From an uncultured Candidatus Bathyarchaeia archaeon (GTDB taxonomy: Archaea > Thermoproteota > Bathyarchaeia > Bathyarchaeales > SOJC01), in contig CAYGVX010000001.1 of the NCBI GenBank assembly GCA_964353725.1, forward strand, positions 50,129 to 82,128: a stretch of 32,000 nt of DNA, given 5' to 3'. The notes under the pieces are model-generated. The model made no database searches, was not told the origin of the DNA, and saw only the letters and a list, made by a program, of their open reading frames with translations. Positions 27,154 to 32,000 of this stretch are shown here, in pieces. The stretch's first letter is position 1; each line of letters opens with the position of its first letter. The translations under genes and the position numbers were made by a program.

Positions 27154-27375
27154 ATAATCCCTGTTCGCTGTTTTACATGCGGCAAATTGGTCGGAGACAA
27201 GTGGGAGGACTTTGCAAGGCGCGTTAAAGAGGGAGAGGACGCCGGCAAGGTCTTAGACGATCTAGGCGTAAGCCGCTACTGCTGTCGGAGAATGTTGCTC
27301 TGCCATGTGGAAGTCATCGATGAAATAATCAAGTTCTACGAAGTCCGAAAGAAAAAACAGACGAGGCCTCAGTAG
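27154..27375 (+). CDS. rpoN: DNA-directed RNA polymerase subunit N (Rpb10 homolog), with no canonical start codon available
   Basis: The translation is (T)[20 protein letters not shown]...[16 protein letters not shown], which includes both halves of the Zn site. An in-frame TGA lies at 27145-27147. Only AAA, ACG (27151), ATA (27154) and ATC precede the Cys motif. GGAGGT is at 27135-27140. The start coordinate is approximate: 27151 or 27154. Confidence 0.85.
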   Translation: MIPVRCFTCGKLVGDKWEDFARRVKEGEDAGKVLDDLGVSRYCCRRMLLCHVEVIDEIIKFYEVRKKKQTRPQ

Positions 27376-27396
27376 GAGGGGGAGACCCGCAAAGCA

Positions 27397-28683
27397 ATGT
27401 CCACACAGATAAGAAAGATAATGGCGCGCAAAATATTCAACAGCCGGGGGGAAGAAACGATAGAAGTGGACATCATGACCCAATCTGGTTTTGGGAGAGC
27501 CGCCGCTCCTGCGGGAGCGAGCAAGGGTTTGGCAGAAGTTGTGTATTACCCGAAAGGCGGCGTCGACGCCGCTGTGAAAGCCGTGGAGAAACTGATAGCT
27601 CCCAAGCTAGTCGGCGTAGAAACGAACCAGCAGGAAGAAATCGACTCCCTTCTCCACGAAATCGATGGAACAGAAAGCTTCTCGACAGTGGGCGGAAACA
27701 CCGCCTATGCCGTGTCTCTGTGTGCAGCGAAAGCAACGGCAGACTCAAACCACGTTCTTCTGTATGAATACCTAGGAGGCTACCTTGCCTACGAACTTCC
27801 GTTCCCCTTGGGAAACGTCTTGAGCGGAGGCAAACACGCCCACGGCAGGGCACCAGACATACAGGAATTTCTGATTTTGCCGATTCACGCAAAGTCCTTC
27901 TGGGACGCCGCGAAGGCCAACGTCACATTTCACAAGAAGGTAGGCGACATCCTCAGAAAGACCAAGAAGACTTTTACGAGCGGAAAAAGCGACGAAGGCG
28001 CTTGGGTCGCAGACATAAACAACGATGAAGCCATGAGGCTCATGGCACGGGCGTGTAAGGAGGTTTCTGAAAGCTTGGGTTTTGAGTGTAGAGTAGGAGT
28101 TGACATCGCCGCCTCGTCGCTCTGGAACTCGAAAAAAGGACGCTACGTATATTCTCATGAGCAAATCGAGAGGACACCCGAAGAGCAAGCAGAATATGCT
28201 CTGGGTTTGATAGACGAGTACAGGTTAATCTACGTTGAAGACCCCTTCCACGAAGAGGATTTTGAGAGCTTTGTGTGGCTGACAGAAAAGGCTGGCAACT
28301 GCCTAATCTGCGGCGACGACCTGTTCGTCACAAACGTTAAGCGCCTAGAGCATGGAATCAAAGAAGGCGCCGCAAACTCGGTGATAATAAAACCCAACCA
28401 GATAGGGACACTCACAGACGCTTGGGAAGCGGCAAAAACTGCCCGAGAGGCGCTCTATGCGCCCGTGGTGTCCCACAGGTCGGGCGACACGGTGAACGCG
28501 GAGATCTCTCATCTAGCAGTTGCTTTTCACTGCCCCATCATCAAGACGGGCGTGATTGAAGGAGCCAGAATCGCAAAAATCAACGAGCTCATCAGAATTG
28601 AAGACACCCTCGGAAAAAGGGCGAAGATGGCTGAAATCCCACTCAAGGAGGAAAGTTCCGTTGTCAGAAAAAGAAGACGTTGA
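27397..28683 (+). CDS. eno: Enolase (phosphopyruvate hydratase)
   Basis: Sequence ARKIFNSRGEETIEVD, PAGASKG, VEDPFHEEDF, GDDLFVTN, IIKPNQIGT, SHRSGDT and IKTG. By eye the metal and catalytic positions are conserved. It sits in the conserved position before rps2. Confidence 0.9.
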   Translation: MSTQIRKIMARKIFNSRGEETIEVDIMTQSGFGRAAAPAGASKGLAEVVYYPKGGVDAAVKAVEKLIAPKLVGVETNQQEEIDSLLHEIDGTESFSTVGGNTAYAVSLCAAKATADSNHVLLYEYLGGYLAYELPFPLGNVLSGGKHAHGRAPDIQEFLILPIHAKSFWDAAKANVTFHKKVGDILRKTKKTFTSGKSDEGAWVADINNDEAMRLMARACKEVSESLGFECRVGVDIAASSLWNSKKGRYVYSHEQIERTPEEQAEYALGLIDEYRLIYVEDPFHEEDFESFVWLTEKAGNCLICGDDLFVTNVKRLEHGIKEGAANSVIIKPNQIGTLTDAWEAAKTAREALYAPVVSHRSGDTVNAEISHLAVAFHCPIIKTGVIEGARIAKINELIRIEDTLGKRAKMAEIPLKEESSVVRKRRR

Positions 28684-29347
28684 GAAAACCGAGAAAACAG
28701 ATCTGCCTCAAGAAAGCGTAGAGGAATTTGAAATCGGAGAAGAAGAGCTTCTATTGCCAAGAGATGTGCTGCTGTCGGCGGGCATCCACATCGGCACTCG
28801 GATGAAAACGAAAGACATGAACCCGTTCATCTACCGTGTAAGACCCGACGGTCTGTTCGTGTTAGACGTTAAGAAGACAGACGAACGAATACGCGTCGCA
28901 GCCAAGTTCCTCTCAAGGTTCGAACCCGCAAAAATAGCCGTAATCGCAGGCAGACTCTACGCACGCTACCCCGCACAGAAATTCAGCGAAGTAACGAAGG
29001 CAACCCCAGTCGCCGGACGCTTCATTCCCGGGCTATTATCCAACCCTCTATACCCTCGTCACATCGAACCCAATGTCATTATAGTCTCTGACCCGAAAGC
29101 CGATGCCCAAGCAGTCAAAGAAGCCGGAGTCATGGGCATACCTGTCGTAGCGCTATGCAGCACTGACAACGACTTTGCGGGAGTAGACTTGGTGATTCCC
29201 ACGAATAACAAGGGAAGAAGAGCATTGGCAGTGATCTACTGGATGCTTGTTAGACAGATTCTCCGCGAAAAGGGAGAGCTACCTCCCGACAAGGACATGG
29301 GCCAGTCCATCGACGATTTCGAGGCAAAGGTAACCCGAGAAGAATAG
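28661..29347 (+). CDS. rps2: Ribosomal protein S2 (uS2) with an acidic N-terminal extension
   Basis: Sequence LLSAGIHIGTRMKTKDMNPFIYRVRPDGLFVLDVKKTDERIRVAAKFL...IPVVALCSTDN. I propose TTG 28661 as the start, 9 nt after GGAGG (28647-28651) and overlapping the eno 3' end by 23 nt. The track ORF start at 28556 lies deep inside eno. Confidence 0.88.
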   Translation: MSEKEDVEKTEKTDLPQESVEEFEIGEEELLLPRDVLLSAGIHIGTRMKTKDMNPFIYRVRPDGLFVLDVKKTDERIRVAAKFLSRFEPAKIAVIAGRLYARYPAQKFSEVTKATPVAGRFIPGLLSNPLYPRHIEPNVIIVSDPKADAQAVKEAGVMGIPVVALCSTDNDFAGVDLVIPTNNKGRRALAVIYWMLVRQILREKGELPPDKDMGQSIDDFEAKVTREE

Positions 29348-29361
29348 CTGAGGCAAACGGG

Positions 29362-30207
29362 TTGAAGATAAGGAGACCCGCCCAAGCCGGAAGCTTCTAC
29401 GCTGGAACCGCAAGCTCCTTGAAGGGGCAGATAGAAGAATGCTTCAGACACAAGCTAGGTCCCGGAAAAACTCCAACAGTGCAGAAAGGTCCAAGAAACA
29501 TCGTGGGGCTCGTCTGCCCACACGCCGGCTACATGTACTCAGGTCCAGTGGCCGCCCACTCCTACTACAATCTGGCGATTGACGGCAAACCAGATGTCTT
29601 TGTCATCTTCGGCCCAAACCACACTGGTGAAGGCAGTGGCTTGTCAGTCATGAAGGAAGGGATCTGGCGGACGCCCCTCGGAGACGTGCAAATCGACGAG
29701 TCAACGGCAGACGAGATTTTGCGCAACTCGAAGATTATCGATGTAGACGACTCGGCTCACAAGTACGAGCACTCCATTGAGGTTCAACTTCCTTTTCTTC
29801 AGTATCTCTATGGTTCTGCCTTCAAGATTGTGCCAATAGGTTTTCTTATGCAGGATCTAGAATCCAGTCGAGATGTAGGCCAAGCAGTGGCAAAGGCTAC
29901 AGTTGGAAAGAACGTGGCAATAATCGCTTCCACAGATATGACTCATTATGAACCTCATGAAGTGGCTGAAAAGAAAGACAAGATAGCACTCAGCGCCTTG
30001 GAAGAACTGGATGAAAAGACGTTCTATTCCACTGTTGAAAGCTATCGCATAACTGCTTGCGGGTATGGCCCTGTTGTGGCGTTGGTTACTGCAGCAAAGA
30101 TTCTCGGAGCCAAGAAAGGTCGAGTGCTTTGTTACAAAACAAGTGGTGACGTTACAGGAGATTATTCAGCAGTAGTCGGTTACGCCTCAGTCGCAATCAC
30201 AAAATAG
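29362..30207 (+). CDS. MEMO1 / AmmeMemoRadiSam system protein B family protein
   Basis: Sequence RRPAQAGSFYAG, CPHAGYMYSGPVAAHSY, FGPNHTG, EHSIEVQLPFLQY and SGDVTGDYSAVVGYASV. The start is TTG. The position between rps2 and mvk is typical in archaea. Confidence 0.85.
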   Translation: MKIRRPAQAGSFYAGTASSLKGQIEECFRHKLGPGKTPTVQKGPRNIVGLVCPHAGYMYSGPVAAHSYYNLAIDGKPDVFVIFGPNHTGEGSGLSVMKEGIWRTPLGDVQIDESTADEILRNSKIIDVDDSAHKYEHSIEVQLPFLQYLYGSAFKIVPIGFLMQDLESSRDVGQAVAKATVGKNVAIIASTDMTHYEPHEVAEKKDKIALSALEELDEKTFYSTVESYRITACGYGPVVALVTAAKILGAKKGRVLCYKTSGDVTGDYSAVVGYASVAITK

Positions 30208-30216
30208 AATTACTCA

Positions 30217-30300
30217 TGCAGGTGGAAGCAATCCTTCCGCTGCAGTGGGCTACAAGTCTACCTCATCAATTAGCAGTTGGGCGGTTGAAGCGACTTTTTT
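30217..30300 (+). terminator. Interrupted hairpin followed by a T6 tract downstream of the MEMO-like gene
   Basis: TGCAG-GT-GGAAG-CAATC-CTTCC-G-CTGCA spans 30217-30244. TTTTTT is at 30295-30300. An A/T-rich box, GTTTTATTTG (30329-30338), follows about 27 nt before the mvk GTG. Confidence 0.3.
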
Positions 30301-30364
30301 ATGCTCTCGCGCTTACTACTGAAGAAATGTTTTATTTGTTTCTTTGCGATAATTCCTTCTGAGA

Positions 30365-31363
30365 GTGGTTCCAATAGGAAGAGGTTCCGGCTTCGGAAAA
30401 GTCATCCTGTTCAACGAACACTTCGTTGTTTATGGTATTCCGGGGATTGCTTCTGCAATTGATTCAATAGCTTACGCAGAAGCAAGAAAAACCGGAGAAG
30501 GAATAATAGTACGAGATGAAAGAAAAGGCGCAACAGGATATACCGAGAAGAAGAAGATTCAGCAAAAAGACTCGATAGAACGAATGCTCAAAGCAATGGG
30601 CTTTAGCATGGAAAGAGTCTCCTTAGAGATTTCGCTAGGAGGAAACCTTCCAAGTTTCAGCGGAATCGGTGCCTCTGCTGCGAGCAGTGTTGCGATTGCC
30701 AGAGCCATAGCAGAGGAGTTTAAATTAGATTTGTCCGACAAAGAAGTCAATGATATCGCCTATGAAGCTGAGAAAGCCTACGCTGGAACTCCTTCAGGCA
30801 TCGATAATACTGCAGCAACCTATGGAGGATTAATTTGGTTCAAAAGAGCTCTGTGCGGAGTACCAAACACAATCGAGAAATTGAGTATAAAGGAACCGAT
30901 TGAAATTGTCATAGGCAACGCAGGAATTGTGGCTGACACTAAAGCAATGGTGGCTGGGGTTGCAGCAAGAAAGAAGAAGAATCCTGAAAAATACGATAGG
31001 CTGTGTAAGCAAGCTGAAGAATTGGCTATTACAGCAAGGAAAGCCTTGGAAGATTTTGACTTGAGAGAGGTTGGGGAGTTGATGAACGAAAATCATCTCC
31101 AACTGAAGGGAATTGAAGTTTCATGTGAAGAGCTAGATTATTTGGTGAGCTTAGCTCGAGAGAAAGGAGCATTCGGAGCGAAACTCACGGGCGGTGGTGG
31201 GGGAGGTTGCATTGTAGCATTGACTCCAGGGAGGACACTGCAGGAGAAAGTTGCAACAGCAATCGAAAATGAAGGATTCAAGGTGTTGAGAACGAAAATC
31301 GGATGCAGAAAAAATAAAGAAAAATCAGACCCATCAAGAAGGAGGGAGCAGATTGGGGTTTAG
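30365..31363 (+). CDS. mvk: Mevalonate kinase (GHMP kinase)
   Basis: The N-terminus GFGKVILFNEHFVVYG, the GHMP motif PSFSGIGASAASSVAIARA and KLTGGGGGGCIVAL are present. The start is GTG. Confidence 0.9.
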   Translation: MVPIGRGSGFGKVILFNEHFVVYGIPGIASAIDSIAYAEARKTGEGIIVRDERKGATGYTEKKKIQQKDSIERMLKAMGFSMERVSLEISLGGNLPSFSGIGASAASSVAIARAIAEEFKLDLSDKEVNDIAYEAEKAYAGTPSGIDNTAATYGGLIWFKRALCGVPNTIEKLSIKEPIEIVIGNAGIVADTKAMVAGVAARKKKNPEKYDRLCKQAEELAITARKALEDFDLREVGELMNENHLQLKGIEVSCEELDYLVSLAREKGAFGAKLTGGGGGGCIVALTPGRTLQEKVATAIENEGFKVLRTKIGCRKNKEKSDPSRRREQIGV

Positions 31364-32000
31364 AGGTTTCTTGAAACAACTTGATGAAAAAGGAGAGTTA
31401 ACACGAATAAGAGAGGAAGTCTCGACCGAGTACGAACTCGCGGGAATAATAGATGCTCTCGGTGAAAAACCTGTATTCTTTGAGAAAGTGAAAGAGTCTA
31501 ACATCCCTGTTGTAGCTGGTCTCGTTTCTTCAAAAGAGCTGGTCGCCAGAGCTTTGAATTTGGATAGAGGACAATTGTTGCATAAACTATCCTACGCGAT
31601 AAAGGAGCCTTTTCCAACCCCCGACGTTGTGAAAAACGGTGAATGTCAACAAAACGTCGAGAAAAACGTTGATCTGACAAAGCTTCCAATAATGAAGTAC
31701 ACAGAAAAGGACGGTGGGAAGTATGTGGCGTCCGCTGTAGCCATAGTGAAAGACCCTGAATTGGGTAGAAACATGTGCTTCCATAGGCTGATGCTGTTGG
31801 ATAGAAACAAGTTCGTTGCCAGAATCGTTGAAGACAGAGGCACGCACACGGCCTTGCAAAAATCTGGTGGTGAACTTGAGATAGCGATGTGTATCGGAAA
31901 CTCACCCGCCGTTCTTCTCGCAGCTTCCACTTCTCTGCCAAAAGGCGTGGACGAATTAGGAATGGCTAATGTTTTAGAGAAAACGGAGCTGGTGAAATGT
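31353..32000 (+). CDS. UbiD-family decarboxylase, N-terminal 216 codons (runs off the window); candidate anhydromevalonate phosphate decarboxylase
   Basis: The frame is open from TTG 31353 to the window end and so is absent from the ORF track. GGAGG at 31341-31345 is 7 nt upstream. The translation is LGFRGFLKQLDEKGELTRIREEVSTEYELAGII...KYTEKDGGKYVASAVAIVKDPELGRNMCFHRLMLLD...GGELEIAMCIGNSP. It overlaps the mvk 3' end by 11 nt. Confidence 0.75.
   Translation, partial: MGFRGFLKQLDEKGELTRIREEVSTEYELAGIIDALGEKPVFFEKVKESNIPVVAGLVSSKELVARALNLDRGQLLHKLSYAIKEPFPTPDVVKNGECQQNVEKNVDLTKLPIMKYTEKDGGKYVASAVAIVKDPELGRNMCFHRLMLLDRNKFVARIVEDRGTHTALQKSGGELEIAMCIGNSPAVLLAASTSLPKGVDELGMANVLEKTELVKC

Noticed and set aside
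27376-27396. Absence of rpoK between rpoN and eno, where several archaea have it.
   Set aside because: The gap is only 21 nt, so the gene is simply elsewhere. Gene order at this point varies among archaeal lineages, so this is not informative on its own.
28556-28660. The track ORF for rps2 starts at 28556, 128 nt inside eno.
   Set aside because: The extension is an out-of-frame read of the enolase C-terminus with no S2 similarity. TTG 28661, 9 nt after a GGAGG, is a better start.
31498-31941. A 147-aa minus-strand ORF, plus two nested ORFs, at the right end of the window.
   Set aside because: They are antisense to the clearly UbiD-like plus-strand frame, which is open to the window edge. 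Their sequences are Cys/Ser/Arg/Phe-rich noise.
1-32000. A search for CRISPR arrays, transposase or integrase genes, terminal inverted repeats, rRNA and tRNA genes.
   Set aside because: I found no spaced direct repeats, recombinase motifs or structured-RNA signatures in any intergenic gap. All gaps over 100 bp were read on both strands: 2265-2438, 9213-9628, 9980-10347, 23367-23589 and 30208-30364.

Overview
This is an archaeal chromosomal segment of about 50% GC, with no rRNA, tRNA, CRISPR or mobile element that I can support. It is mostly core information-processing genes in two conserved blocks. The first block is rpoB, an unsplit rpoA, rpl30e and nusA (10.3-18.3 kb, + strand). The second is rps13-rps4-rps11-rpoD-rpl18e-rpl13-rps9-rpoN-eno-rps2, then a MEMO-like gene, mvk and a UbiD-like gene (23.6-32.0 kb, + strand). 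A tightly coupled minus-strand operon sits between the two blocks: polyferredoxin, hdrC, hdrB and an hdrA-mvhD fusion (18.4-23.4 kb). The left 10 kb is mixed housekeeping and accessory. It holds a coiled-coil protein, a DUF373-like membrane protein, uppS, purB, an AsnB-like/HDAC-like gene pair, a small ferredoxin, a 586-aa secreted membrane protein with a coiled-coil tail, and a small DUF2095-like protein. Five points stand out. (1) The 586-aa protein has the topology of eukaryotic ribophorin I/Ost1, and several segments resemble it by eye. (2) RpoA' and RpoA'' are fused into one 1274-aa ORF. (3) The conserved rpoN coding sequence begins upstream of any ATG/GTG/TTG codon. (4) An Hdr module with no adjacent hydrogenase sits where rps12-rps7-EF genes usually follow nusA. 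(5) The AsnB-like enzyme lacks the N-terminal nucleophile Cys and is translationally coupled to an HDAC-family amidohydrolase. All family assignments come from reading motifs and from recollection; no database search was run. I see no clear-cut novel multi-gene system. The window is largely ordinary core genome with a few unusual details.
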